From: a virus
Length of the DNA: 64,000 nt
Virus record (IMG/VR): IMGVR_UViG_3300003629_000001
Strand: one strand, 5' to 3'
The notes beneath the pieces were generated by a model, which saw nothing but the letters and a program-made list of their open reading frames with translations, was not told the DNA's origin and did not search any database. Made by a program: the position numbers and the translations under genes. Shown piece by piece: positions 10,185 to 20,607 of the stretch. The number at the start of each line of letters is the position of its first letter. The stretch's first letter is position 1.

Positions 10185-10765
10185 CATTCAATTGCCCTAC
10201 TTGTGGTGACGGGTTGCCTACAGAGTCAGGAATGAAGAAACACCACACTCGGGTACATGACGAATCTATCGCAACAACCGAGGTAGAGTGTCATTGGTGT
10301 GGAGATTTGACTACATATTCCGATTATGAACTCAATTACCGAGAAGAGTATTTTTGCTCTTCAGAGTGTCGGTATAACTGGCAATCGGAACAAATGGAAG
10401 GGCGTGAATGTGAATGGGCTGAAAAGATAGGCGAATCTAATAGGGGCAATGACGGAATGGTCGGTGACGAAAATCCACGCTGGAATGGTGGAAGGTGTAA
10501 TCGGACTGGGCCGAATTGGGCTACTCAAAGGCGTAAAGCGCTGAAAAGGGATTACCGGCAATGTCGGGTCTGTCAAATGGATAATGAGACTCACAAAGAG
10601 GAATACGGGAGAGAATTGAGTGTCCATCATAAGACCCCAAGGTCGTGGTTTTTGGACGAATACGAAGACGAAACCGAAGCACTCCGTAAAGCGAATCGGC
10701 TTTACAATTTGGTAACAGTGTGTCGAAAGCACCACCGAAATCTGGAATCACAGGTGGCACAATGA
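10181..10765 (+). CDS. HNH homing endonuclease with C2H2 finger
   Basis: CPTC..H..H, FCSSEC, NPRWNGG, RD..CRVC..VHH..NLVTVCRKHH. Confidence 0.9.
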   Translation: MTFNCPTCGDGLPTESGMKKHHTRVHDESIATTEVECHWCGDLTTYSDYELNYREEYFCSSECRYNWQSEQMEGRECEWAEKIGESNRGNDGMVGDENPRWNGGRCNRTGPNWATQRRKALKRDYRQCRVCQMDNETHKEEYGRELSVHHKTPRSWFLDEYEDETEALRKANRLYNLVTVCRKHHRNLESQVAQ

Positions 10766-11475
10766 CCCGCACAATCGCTCTCGCTGGCAATCCGATTGAG
10801 GTAGAAGTAGCGGAGAACGACGCTCACCGGTACAAGGGCTTGAGTGACCGCGACGAACTCGGGAAGGACGAGGGCATGATGTTCGTGTGGCCGATGGAAA
10901 AAGAACACGGGCTGGTCATGCGCGACATGAACTTCGGTATCGACATGGTGTTCGCTGACGCCGAAGGCGAGGTGACGAAGGTGCATTCGGCTAACCCGGA
11001 CGAGGAAGGTACGACGGCCTTCTCGAAGTACGCGGTTGAACTCCCGAAAGGCTACTGTGAAGCGGCTGGTGTCGAAAAGGGCGACCGACTCGAACTGGAC
11101 GCGGGCGGACTCGGAAAATCTGATAGGGGTACTATGAACAAGACTGACCTGTTCAAAGAAATCGAAGGCGTATCGTTTTACAGTGAAATCAACGACACCG
11201 AAGTAAAAGTCGTAGACGTGGAAGACGACAAGGTTCGTGTCACTGACGACGAGAATGAGTGGTGGGAGCGGATGGAAGACGTTCGTGATAAAATCACGGA
11301 CGGTGCGTGGGAAGAGAAAGACGACCCATGCTGGGAAGGCTACGAAATGGCTGGCACGAAGGAACAAGACGGCGAAACGGTTCCGAACTGTGTCCCCAAG
11401 AGCGTCGATACTGGTGACGTGACGGGCGATATTGCGGAAAAACTCTCGGAAGTAGTGTTCGACGGGGACGACTGA
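10762..11475 (+). CDS. DUF192-family protein with C-terminal PCWxGY..VPNCV motif
   Basis: VEVA..GLSDR..GMMFVW..MRDMNFGIDMVF..YAVELP.G pattern. ATG at 10762 overlaps the HNH stop (ATGA), so it is preferred over 10720. Confidence 0.75.
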   Translation: MTRTIALAGNPIEVEVAENDAHRYKGLSDRDELGKDEGMMFVWPMEKEHGLVMRDMNFGIDMVFADAEGEVTKVHSANPDEEGTTAFSKYAVELPKGYCEAAGVEKGDRLELDAGGLGKSDRGTMNKTDLFKEIEGVSFYSEINDTEVKVVDVEDDKVRVTDDENEWWERMEDVRDKITDGAWEEKDDPCWEGYEMAGTKEQDGETVPNCVPKSVDTGDVTGDIAEKLSEVVFDGDD

Positions 11476-11478
11476 CTA

Positions 11479-13518
11479 ATGAGCCAGCGTATAGAGAATC
11501 AGATACTCGCGGAGCGAGGATACGTGTGGCTCTCGAAGCAGGAGAACGAGTGGATTCCATACGTCGGGCCTGACGGTGGTGAAGGATGGCAACGTGTCGG
11601 TGACGACGAGGTGCGATACCAGCAACGACCGCCGGGAGAGACAGCCCAAGGTGTCGAAGAGAACTACTGGACTGACGATTTCGGCGCTGACGCACTTACC
11701 GAGTTCCTTTCAGAACGTCTTTCTGACGAGGATATGGGTCGTATCGGAGCGCGGGTTCAGGACGCCGCTGAAGCCATGAACTCCGATATAGACACCGAAG
11801 CAGGGTACGTATGGGGTCGTCTTCAGCACCGAGAAGAACGGTTCAATCAGCATTTGGGGGACGCGCCGGAAGGTGCGATAGTCGATTTAGTAGACAGTAT
11901 GCTTGGACGGCGAGAAGCGAAGTTCGCCCAGCGTCAGGAAATGGACGAACTCGCCATGCTGGTCGAAGATAACTCCGACATGGGAACCCGCGACAAACTG
12001 AATATCAGTGAAGCGGTGCGTGAAGTTCAGGACGATACCGACCTGACCGAAGAGGAACTTCGTCAAGACCTTTACGAAATGGTCGAAGACGCGGATATGC
12101 CAGCAGAGTACGTGCTGGATAACGCTGGCCTGAACGCGTGGAAAGACAGCAAACGGGCCGAGTGGCGAGACGAGAATCTGACTGGTGAAGACGCGATAGA
12201 AGTACCCGAAGGCCACGAAGGCGATATTACAGAGAGTGACGTTTTCGACGCGCTCAATCACACGTCGCTTTCCGGGTTCCAACTTCCGCTAAATGACCAC
12301 GACCCGATTCCCGCTGTCGCACAGGCTATGGAAGACCAGTTCGGGGACGACCCGAATAAGATGTACGACGAGATAGAAGCGTTCAACGGTGCTCTCGAAG
12401 GCATTCTCAAGCCGTTTAGTCAAACCAGTACGAACGCGCCGGAACACATGAACCCACAGAATGCCGACGAGGTGGGGAAACTGGATAAGTACACCGATAA
12501 GACCGGGCGGTCGTCTAGTTCCATGTTCGTTGCGAAAGGTGTCCCCGACGAAGACGGGAACAAGCGCGACCTGTATATCACGAACACCAACCGGAATCGG
12601 GAAGGGGCCTACGCACAAGACGACGCCGACGCCAACCGACAGATTCTCGGGTCGAACGGATTCCAAGCGGCGGGTTTTGATTCCCCTGACTCGTACCATG
12701 AACCGGGAGAGTTTTGGGCTGTCGAAGAGGCCCCCGGTGATACTGCTGACGAATTTCACGTCGAAAATGACCTTGACAATCCCGTAGAGCAATTCGCTGA
12801 ACTCGGAGCGGCGGCGGCTGTTCTCGGTGCATGGGACATTCACGAAGGGAACGTATTCATCCACGACGGCGAGTTCGTTCCAGTTGACATGGACTTGGCT
12901 GGTGCTGAACTTCACCACAGCGCCGACCACACGTTCAATCGGTATAACGCTGATTTGAATGGGTTCATGGGTCTATTTCCCCGTATGCAACGACTCTTTG
13001 ACCGCATGGACGGTGGTGATACTATCGACTTTGACGAGATAAAGCAAGCCACGAAACGTCGGGTGGCTGAAATGGGTGAGACGGGAGAGGCCAAGGAAAT
13101 CGCTGAAGCCGGAAAGAGCGACATTACACACTCAATCGGTCGGAACGTTGAAGCCAACGTTAGGGCTATTGAGAACCAGAACTACTTCGAGCGTTACCCA
13201 ACTGACGTGTTGGGAGTAAACGGATACGACGAAATGAGTGATTTCCGCGAGGGTCAGGTCGTAGAGGTGACAGAAGACGACCGAGAGCAAAGGAGTCAAG
13301 AGTTCGAGATTACCGAGACATACGACGACCACGTTGAAGTGACCGCCCTCGAAGACGGTGCGATTCTCGGTGAAGGTGAGCGGTGGAACGTTCACAACCC
13401 CGGTGAGATAACAGAAATCATCGACAGTGGGGGCGACGAAGAGGGCGACCCACCTGACCCGATTGACGCGCTCATGGACGAACTGGACGAGCGGCTGGAA
13501 GACGGTGATAGCGAATGA
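11479..13518 (+). CDS. Array protein 1: WIPY tag + helical domain + HipA/PI3K-like kinase + small beta-barrel
   Basis: Tag at 11551. Kinase motifs WDIHEGN and PVDMD at ~12830-12895. Confidence 0.75.
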   Translation: MSQRIENQILAERGYVWLSKQENEWIPYVGPDGGEGWQRVGDDEVRYQQRPPGETAQGVEENYWTDDFGADALTEFLSERLSDEDMGRIGARVQDAAEAMNSDIDTEAGYVWGRLQHREERFNQHLGDAPEGAIVDLVDSMLGRREAKFAQRQEMDELAMLVEDNSDMGTRDKLNISEAVREVQDDTDLTEEELRQDLYEMVEDADMPAEYVLDNAGLNAWKDSKRAEWRDENLTGEDAIEVPEGHEGDITESDVFDALNHTSLSGFQLPLNDHDPIPAVAQAMEDQFGDDPNKMYDEIEAFNGALEGILKPFSQTSTNAPEHMNPQNADEVGKLDKYTDKTGRSSSSMFVAKGVPDEDGNKRDLYITNTNRNREGAYAQDDADANRQILGSNGFQAAGFDSPDSYHEPGEFWAVEEAPGDTADEFHVENDLDNPVEQFAELGAAAAVLGAWDIHEGNVFIHDGEFVPVDMDLAGAELHHSADHTFNRYNADLNGFMGLFPRMQRLFDRMDGGDTIDFDEIKQATKRRVAEMGETGEAKEIAEAGKSDITHSIGRNVEANVRAIENQNYFERYPTDVLGVNGYDEMSDFREGQVVEVTEDDREQRSQEFEITETYDDHVEVTALEDGAILGEGERWNVHNPGEITEIIDSGGDEEGDPPDPIDALMDELDERLEDGDSE

Positions 13519-16202
13519 CAGAAATTGTTCGAGTCTACGACCGTGACGGTGGCGAGTTGGAAGCAAAGGCTGACGTAGGCCCTGACGGACGCCTGATTCG
13601 GGGTGACGAAGACTTTGCTGAAATCGCTACTCGGTTCCTCGAAGAGCGGAGCGTGGACGAGATACTGACGTATCTGGACGGCCCGCATATGCTGGCTATG
13701 GCGATTGACGTGGACGGCTTAGACTACGACCCCGGCCTTCAAGAGAAAATGGAAGGTCGCCGCGCCGCAAAAGAGACACACCACGTTCCTCACAGTACCC
13801 CTATTGAGAATACCGAGAGAACTCATTGGCTCACCGAACCCCGACTCGGGAAAGTCGGTTGGTACGACAGTGATACCGGTGCGTTCCTCTACAGGGGGGC
13901 CAGCGCCCGCGTGAGTGAGTTGCTGAAGAGTGAAGGCCCCACCAGCGGACTCGAAGAGACACAAACGTCGCTGGTGGACTGTCAGGGGCCGTCCAGCAAC
14001 CTTCTCAAGCAAGACGACGGTCAGTGGATTCCGTACAAGGGGCCACAGGAAGGCGAGGGGTGGCAACAGGTCGGTTCCGGCGAGGTGCGATACCAACAAG
14101 AGCCACCCGGTGACGTAGCGGACGGACATGAGGCCGACCACTGGAAACAACGCTGGCCGGAGATTGAGGGCGCGGAGTGGAACGAAGACGTTCCACACCC
14201 GATTGACATGAAAGAGGAAGACGCTCTTCTCTTCGTCAATCGGAACGGCGAGTCGGAAGTGGGCCGTTTCGAGAGTGCGACATTCATTCGTGACGAGAGT
14301 TGGGATAGTGCGAAGACAGGCGTCACTCTCGCTGACGGTCGTCAAGTTCTGACTGACGACATAGCCGCTCATGCGGATATGACTATGGCGGTCGAACCAC
14401 CGAGTCTTCACGGTGACGAAGAGTGGGGTGACGCCCCCGGAGTCTATTCAGATTACATTCCGTGGAATCTCGTTCACTTTGTGGATTCTGACGGTGAAGA
14501 GCGAGTGGCTATGGTCGAAGGACACGCCGACGACCGGGGTGCGGTGAAGGTGCAAACCAACGAGGGATACACGGTCGTTGACCCGAGTAACATTACTCAC
14601 TACGCCGAGGTTGACCAGTTCTATAACGGCGCTTACGAAGTGCTGGATAGTCCCTTCCGTGGGATTCCAGAGATAGAAGACAACGAACAACCCCCGGACG
14701 AGAACTTTGCACAGCGTGTCGGAGTCACGGCTGACGACGTGAACGCCGCGTTCCGAATGGTTTTTGCACCCCACCTTGTGAGCGTGCTTGAAAACGAAAT
14801 CGAAGAGGGTGGGTACGACGCTGACGACCCGGACGACATAATTCAGGCTATCATCGACGTTCGTGGGTCTGAAGACGACACGACGTGGCAATCATTCAAG
14901 CGAGAACTTCGAGGGCGTTCTGTTGGAATCGGGAAGAGCCGGGCGGAACGTATTGTTAACGAAGCCTTTGCTGGCGAAACCCCCGACCCGAGTTTCGCTG
15001 TTCGTCAGGATATGGACAGGATGGACGACCCGGAAGAGTGGCTGAAACAAGCCGCCAAATTCGCTCACGAAGACGAGTTCGTGTCTATCGCTTCGTTACA
15101 GGACGCGGTGGACGAGTGGAAGGGTGACGGTGTTCCATTCAATCTCAAAGGAATCCACGACTTCGACGGTGAACCCGACGAGGTGGTAGCCCTATCAGAA
15201 ACCGGGACGAACACCGGAATCTCCGCCGGGGCCATGTTCATTGCGGACTGGCCGGACGGTAGTAGGGCGTTCGTCACTCGAATCAAGGATAAGGAAACGG
15301 GCCGACTTGTGTCTAACGACCACATGGAAACGTCCGAAGAGGCCGAACGGGCTATGACTGGCTTCGGGATTCAGAACGAACTGGCTCAAGACAACGAGTC
15401 GATTCAGGTTCCCGACCACACGTACTCAATGGACGAGTATTTCAGCGTGAAGGGCGCTCCCAACGACGCGATACTCGCTGACCAGTTCCTTGAGACGTTC
15501 CCGAGTCAGGACATGGAATTGCCGGACGGCCCGCCTGATACGGATATTGTAGAGTCGGTTGGTGCGACGGTCGAAGACGTACAACAAGCGTTCAGTGAAA
15601 CGGTATATCCGGGCTGGGAAGACCACAACGAGACGAAACAAATCTTCCACAGTGACGACAATTTGGACGAAGAGAACTCACAGGACTGGGTGGCTGTCGC
15701 CAAAATCCGTTATGATAAACCCGACCCACGAATTTGGAACGAGTTCGCCCGTGAACTCGCTGGGTCAGCCTACGAAACGCCGGTTGAACGTGAGACGTTC
15801 ATGGACATGGCGTTCGGAGCGGTCATGGCTGGCAACAAAGATATGCACTCGAATAACGTTATGGCGGATAATGAGGGAACCGTCTACCCAATCGACTTGG
15901 ACTTTGCTGGGTACGACATGACCAACAGCCGCAATTTGAGCGCCGCTATCGGGAAACTCGTCAGTACCGGTCAGGCACTCGGAATCGAACCCAGTGAAGA
16001 GTTCGAGGATAAGGGGAACCCCGACGCTTTTGACGACTCGCAACACCCATTAGCACACGAAATCCTCGCGTATATCCACGACAACGCGACCGAGGAAACT
16101 ACGGAGAAGGTTCGGAGTGGGAATCCGATGTGGCGAGACGGTGGGGCTGACAACGTTGCTCGGAACGCGGAAGCGGCAAAGAACGGAGAACTCGAACTAT
16201 GA
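13515..16202 (+). CDS. Array protein 2: DGP domain + WIPY tag + SH3/KOW-like repeats + kinase
   Basis: N-terminal LDGPHMLA, tag at 14025, kinase motifs GNKDMHSNN and PIDLD. Confidence 0.75.
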   Translation: MTEIVRVYDRDGGELEAKADVGPDGRLIRGDEDFAEIATRFLEERSVDEILTYLDGPHMLAMAIDVDGLDYDPGLQEKMEGRRAAKETHHVPHSTPIENTERTHWLTEPRLGKVGWYDSDTGAFLYRGASARVSELLKSEGPTSGLEETQTSLVDCQGPSSNLLKQDDGQWIPYKGPQEGEGWQQVGSGEVRYQQEPPGDVADGHEADHWKQRWPEIEGAEWNEDVPHPIDMKEEDALLFVNRNGESEVGRFESATFIRDESWDSAKTGVTLADGRQVLTDDIAAHADMTMAVEPPSLHGDEEWGDAPGVYSDYIPWNLVHFVDSDGEERVAMVEGHADDRGAVKVQTNEGYTVVDPSNITHYAEVDQFYNGAYEVLDSPFRGIPEIEDNEQPPDENFAQRVGVTADDVNAAFRMVFAPHLVSVLENEIEEGGYDADDPDDIIQAIIDVRGSEDDTTWQSFKRELRGRSVGIGKSRAERIVNEAFAGETPDPSFAVRQDMDRMDDPEEWLKQAAKFAHEDEFVSIASLQDAVDEWKGDGVPFNLKGIHDFDGEPDEVVALSETGTNTGISAGAMFIADWPDGSRAFVTRIKDKETGRLVSNDHMETSEEAERAMTGFGIQNELAQDNESIQVPDHTYSMDEYFSVKGAPNDAILADQFLETFPSQDMELPDGPPDTDIVESVGATVEDVQQAFSETVYPGWEDHNETKQIFHSDDNLDEENSQDWVAVAKIRYDKPDPRIWNEFARELAGSAYETPVERETFMDMAFGAVMAGNKDMHSNNVMADNEGTVYPIDLDFAGYDMTNSRNLSAAIGKLVSTGQALGIEPSEEFEDKGNPDAFDDSQHPLAHEILAYIHDNATEETTEKVRSGNPMWRDGGADNVARNAEAAKNGELEL

Positions 16203-18751
16203 TAGTGTTTTACCGTCTCGAAGGTCGGGACTACAACGAAATCGGGCGTGTCGAAGACGGCGAAATCGTAGACGGCGAAGAGGAACTGGCTGGTATCGTT
16301 CACCCGCCGAACCTCTCCGACGAAGACGAACTACTCGCCGCTCATGACGGCCCACATATTCTCGCCCAAATGGAAGACGAGTCGCCCGGCGAGGGTGGTA
16401 CTGACGCTAATTCTGATAGGGGTACTGAAAAGTGGGTTCCATACACCAACGGCGACGAACGTGGGTGGATTAGTGCCAGCACTGGCGAGAAGAAATTCAC
16501 CGAGGAGGCCCCCGGCCCGATAGTGAAAGGCTTCGAGGAACAGGCGGAAAACTGGACGGAAGTAAAGACGTTGAATAAGGAGTGGATTCCGTATCAGGGG
16601 CCGCACGGGGGCGAAGGGTGGCAAGAGGTGGAGACTGGTGAGGTTCGCTACGTCGAAGAGCCGCCGGGGCGAGTTGGGACAGGTGATGGCGCTCCGCCCA
16701 GTGACGGCATGACGCCTGAAGAACGGGCGTGGCTGGAAGAGCATGGCGACCCGGAAGCACTGTCGGAGTTGGAAGAAGAGGCCCCTGACGGCACGACAGA
16801 AACGAGTGAAGAGATTACGTGGGACAACGTAGCCGCCGGTGACGAAATCGCCTACTACGATGACTACGGCGAACTACAGCAGGGAGAGGTAACTGCTGTT
16901 GAACAGGACGCGTTCGGTGTGATATGGGTTCAGGACGGTCACGGCAAATCGCCAGTCGAAGAAGAGGATTTCATTGGCACGCCGGACGACAAGATTGGCG
17001 ACGGACTCGAAGCACCTGACCACGCTGGCGCTGACTGGTTCGACAATAACCTGTTCTACGGTCAGACTATCAAACTCTACAACAAAAACACCGACATGGT
17101 GGAATACGCGGACGTAGAGAGTATCTTCGTTGCGGGTGGTGAAATCAACGCTGTCGAACTTGAAGTTCAGAATCAACGTGGATTTGGCGACCTTATTACT
17201 ATCACGAACGACGACATAGACTGGCATGACCAAGACGATAACGGGAAGTACGAAATACGAGAGACGAGTCGCTGGTCGGATTTAGAAAAGGACGAGCAAA
17301 TTGACGCTGTGAGACGTTCTTACCGTGAAAATACTCGTCTTGAGACGATGGGTCGGGCTACGCGGCAAAATCTGAATGACGATATTTCTGAAGATATTAT
17401 CCCCTCGTTTAAGGACATGAACGTCGCCCGTGAGACATTCAAGTCACTCTTCAAAATCGGGAACAAGGTATCCCGAGCGAGTTGTAGCGGAACGGGGAGT
17501 GTTTCAATCAAGGTGTCAGAACGAGCGCCTATCGACACGACGAGACACGAATTTGGACACGCTATCGTCAGTTCGTTCGGATATAATTACAAGAATCGTT
17601 ACAAAAATAGCAATTTCTCTGACGAGAAGTACAGGCGGCGTCCGACGAATTTGTCTCACGAGTATCATGACCTGAAGACCCGGTACGATACCATAGCGTT
17701 CGATTTCAGCGAAGATTCAGATTTCTTTGCCCCCGAAGACTATATGCTTCAGGATACCGACAACGACGGCGAGTTTGTAGACTTTGATTTTGACGAAATA
17801 GAGGCTGGAAGGAACATATACATCGAGCCGTCCGATACCTTCATGTCGAATGAGTCATACGAAATTGAGTCAGTTGGTGAAATGGAAGACGGTAAGTTAG
17901 AAATCCACACCAGTATGGCTCAAGACGCCTATGTTGATAGAGAGGGGACTGTCTATCAGTACGATTCGTTCGGTGGTGGATGGGAAGAGGTTGGGGAAGC
18001 AACCGCATTCACTCAAGAGAAACTACCGCACGGATTCGACGCGTGGAAAGACGCTGTAGAGGAAGAGGTTCACGGAGAAACCGATTTGGAACAGAGGGAG
18101 TACGAGAATACCGAGGGTATGTCGCCCAAAGACGTGTTCGAGTCGGTTGATAAGGGCGACGTAGTTCGGTTCCAGCACGAAGACAAGACGATTCACCTTA
18201 TTGCTCAAGAGAAAGAAAACCTCTCTCAAGAAGACCGGCGTGATTATGAGTTCGTTCACCCCGGCGACGGTTCACAGTGGAATTTCACCGTACAGAGTGA
18301 CAACGGTGAACTTCAGTTCTCTGACCACATTGTTACTGGGTACGACGATACATACGGCGAAGAAGACGGGGACAGCCCGAACGTGGATAATCCTCTTGAG
18401 AACTGGGAAGGGTTTGAGCCAAACCCTGAAACCACTGAACAGAGAATAGATAATTTAGTGTCAGCCGTGAACCGTGCGTGGTACAAGCAAGCCAAAATGT
18501 TCGAGAACGACCCTGCTGATTTCGGTAACAGCGCTTACAGTATTGGGTCGGGATACTCGGCCACAAATGCTCAAGAGACAATGGCGAAAACTCATGAGGT
18601 TTTACAGAACGGCGACCAGTTGGCAACCTCGCATTTGATTGAAGAACATCCGTATCTGGTTGCGGCTTATGTAGAACTGTTTGAGCCGCACTTGTACGCT
18701 AAAAAGGCGATTCATCGTCATGGCGGGGAAGAGTACGGGATAAAAGTATGA
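16199..18751 (+). CDS. Array protein 3: DGP domain + WIPY tags + zincin metallopeptidase
   Basis: N-terminal HDGPHILA, tags at 16433 and 16583, HEFGH at 17546, and downstream YSATNAQETMA (third-ligand motif of lethal-factor-like zincins). Confidence 0.7.
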   Translation: MIVFYRLEGRDYNEIGRVEDGEIVDGEEELAGIVHPPNLSDEDELLAAHDGPHILAQMEDESPGEGGTDANSDRGTEKWVPYTNGDERGWISASTGEKKFTEEAPGPIVKGFEEQAENWTEVKTLNKEWIPYQGPHGGEGWQEVETGEVRYVEEPPGRVGTGDGAPPSDGMTPEERAWLEEHGDPEALSELEEEAPDGTTETSEEITWDNVAAGDEIAYYDDYGELQQGEVTAVEQDAFGVIWVQDGHGKSPVEEEDFIGTPDDKIGDGLEAPDHAGADWFDNNLFYGQTIKLYNKNTDMVEYADVESIFVAGGEINAVELEVQNQRGFGDLITITNDDIDWHDQDDNGKYEIRETSRWSDLEKDEQIDAVRRSYRENTRLETMGRATRQNLNDDISEDIIPSFKDMNVARETFKSLFKIGNKVSRASCSGTGSVSIKVSERAPIDTTRHEFGHAIVSSFGYNYKNRYKNSNFSDEKYRRRPTNLSHEYHDLKTRYDTIAFDFSEDSDFFAPEDYMLQDTDNDGEFVDFDFDEIEAGRNIYIEPSDTFMSNESYEIESVGEMEDGKLEIHTSMAQDAYVDREGTVYQYDSFGGGWEEVGEATAFTQEKLPHGFDAWKDAVEEEVHGETDLEQREYENTEGMSPKDVFESVDKGDVVRFQHEDKTIHLIAQEKENLSQEDRRDYEFVHPGDGSQWNFTVQSDNGELQFSDHIVTGYDDTYGEEDGDSPNVDNPLENWEGFEPNPETTEQRIDNLVSAVNRAWYKQAKMFENDPADFGNSAYSIGSGYSATNAQETMAKTHEVLQNGDQLATSHLIEEHPYLVAAYVELFEPHLYAKKAIHRHGGEEYGIKV

Positions 18752-19734
18752 GACTCATAATCACCAACAACAACGACGAGGAACTGGGCGAGATACGGTC
18801 GAATTTCGAGTTCGAGGCTGATATTCCGTTCGAGGATAAGGAACGGATTCGAGCGCTCATGCGTTCAGCGAAGAAATTCGCTATGGACGTAGGGCCAGTT
18901 GAACGCTCCGGGGGCGCGGATGAACGCGAACTAATTACCCCCGGCGAAGAGGTCGTGGAGTTCGAGACGGACGAAGCACTTCCACGCGTCAAGGTCGCTA
19001 TTGACCGAATGACTCGGTATCATGCTGTCCTCGAAGAGACGGAAGAGCGTGAAGCAATCAAGGCTGTTGACGCTCCGTTCAACGCCCCGGATGGAAAGGA
19101 AGTACACGAAGGGCCGCCCGGATTCTTCTACTACAACGTCAGTAAGGATACTGAAGAATCAGGGGATGGTGAGGTGTTGGAAGTTCGGGATTACTACCGA
19201 GTGTGGGTCAACGACCAAGATAGCGTTCCTGACGACAGCATGGCGCTCTACGACGAAGAGGGCGACCCGGCTGGAAATCACTGGTACTACGAAGTACCGT
19301 TCGAGACGAAGACGCGAATCAATCTTTCCGAGCATGAAGTTGACCCGTCGAATGTGATAGAAAAGGACGCTGACGTTGAACTCTCACCTGACGAACTGAA
19401 CGAGTACGGTATTTGTAAGTCGGATAACGAACGGATACAGGAAGCCAGTGAAGCCGTTGAAAAAGGTGAGCCGGTGTGGGGCGATACTCATTCGGTGAGT
19501 GGGGCTGTTCTCAAGTCAGTAGAGTGTCCGTCGGTGTTGCTCTGTCTCTATAAGTTGTTTCACAATGCTGGCGACGAGTACACCCAATATCTCCCACCGA
19601 TTCAAACTGAACTCAATCACCGTGGCGTCAAGGCGATAGATAAAATTACACGGAAGAAGCGAGATTTCGGTCAAGCGACCGACGACGTGACGCTCGAAAA
19701 GAGCGGCGATTGGCTTGAGTTCGAGCGAGAGTAG
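18748..19734 (+). CDS. Array protein 4: hypothetical; N-terminus is a candidate peptidase inhibitor
   Basis: Coupled by ATGA to the zincin gene. Contains APDGKEVHEGPPGFFYY, a possible tag variant. Confidence 0.6.
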   Translation: MRLIITNNNDEELGEIRSNFEFEADIPFEDKERIRALMRSAKKFAMDVGPVERSGGADERELITPGEEVVEFETDEALPRVKVAIDRMTRYHAVLEETEEREAIKAVDAPFNAPDGKEVHEGPPGFFYYNVSKDTEESGDGEVLEVRDYYRVWVNDQDSVPDDSMALYDEEGDPAGNHWYYEVPFETKTRINLSEHEVDPSNVIEKDADVELSPDELNEYGICKSDNERIQEASEAVEKGEPVWGDTHSVSGAVLKSVECPSVLLCLYKLFHNAGDEYTQYLPPIQTELNHRGVKAIDKITRKKRDFGQATDDVTLEKSGDWLEFERE

Positions 19735-19804
19735 TTTAACCGGTTCTTCCCGAAAGGTCTTACAGTAGGGGTATCAACAGTATTAACAAGAGGCCACTAT
19801 CCCC

Positions 19805-20602
19805 ATGAGCGATTCTGAAGATACGCCAAATGTCGTTGACCTGAACAAGCAGGACAGCGACGACGAGTCGAACGGAGAAGAAAATAGTCCGACTGTGGCC
19901 GAGCAAGCGAAGGAAGGGTACAACGACCTTGACAGTCGTGAAGGTGACGTAGCCCCCGGCGGCAACCCGAACGCACAACAGCGCGACAACTATCCCGAAG
20001 CCGTCAACGAGGAAGACGACGAAGACCCTCAAATCGGTTCTGTCTACGGTCAAGCGCGTCAGGAATACGGCTTCGACCCCGAGGAAGCACAGAAGGCATT
20101 CACCTACAACGAGTACGGGCTGTCGTCTCGCTTTGACGAAGAGAAAGGTTTCTCACACCTCGAACGCGGTGACATGGTGGTTATCGACACGCCGATGGGC
20201 GGCGGGAAGACTGGCGAAGTAACGGACGTAGACGAAACGTGGTCGGGGACGTTGAAGGCCACGGTAGACACCGGCGCGAATAAGTACGAACTGACGCCGT
20301 TTGAAGACGAATACTCCGAGAAATTCGTTGCGTGCGTCAGTGACGCCGGTGAAATGAGTGACGAAATGCTGGGTACGCTCGGCAAGGTGTCGGTCAAGGA
20401 CGTAGACGTTGGAACTCAAGTCATGCTGGACGTGCCGAATGTCGGCCCGACGCGTGGTATGGTTCAGGAAAAGAAGACTACCCGAGAGAACGGTGAGCAA
20501 ATCATCGTCAACACTGGCCCGGTCGCGTTCGACGTGTACGAAGACCCCAGCCCGACGCAAAAGAAAGAACAGCCGTTCCTCGTCGGTCGAATCTCGAACT
20601 AA
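19805..20602 (+). CDS. Array protein 5: acidic N-terminus + two SH3/KOW-like domains
   Basis: LERGDMVVIDTP..TGEVTDV and VDVGTQVMLDVP..RGMVQE repeats, each shortly after a Lys. Confidence 0.6.
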   Translation: MSDSEDTPNVVDLNKQDSDDESNGEENSPTVAEQAKEGYNDLDSREGDVAPGGNPNAQQRDNYPEAVNEEDDEDPQIGSVYGQARQEYGFDPEEAQKAFTYNEYGLSSRFDEEKGFSHLERGDMVVIDTPMGGGKTGEVTDVDETWSGTLKATVDTGANKYELTPFEDEYSEKFVACVSDAGEMSDEMLGTLGKVSVKDVDVGTQVMLDVPNVGPTRGMVQEKKTTRENGEQIIVNTGPVAFDVYEDPSPTQKKEQPFLVGRISN

Positions 20603-20607
20603 CTGTA

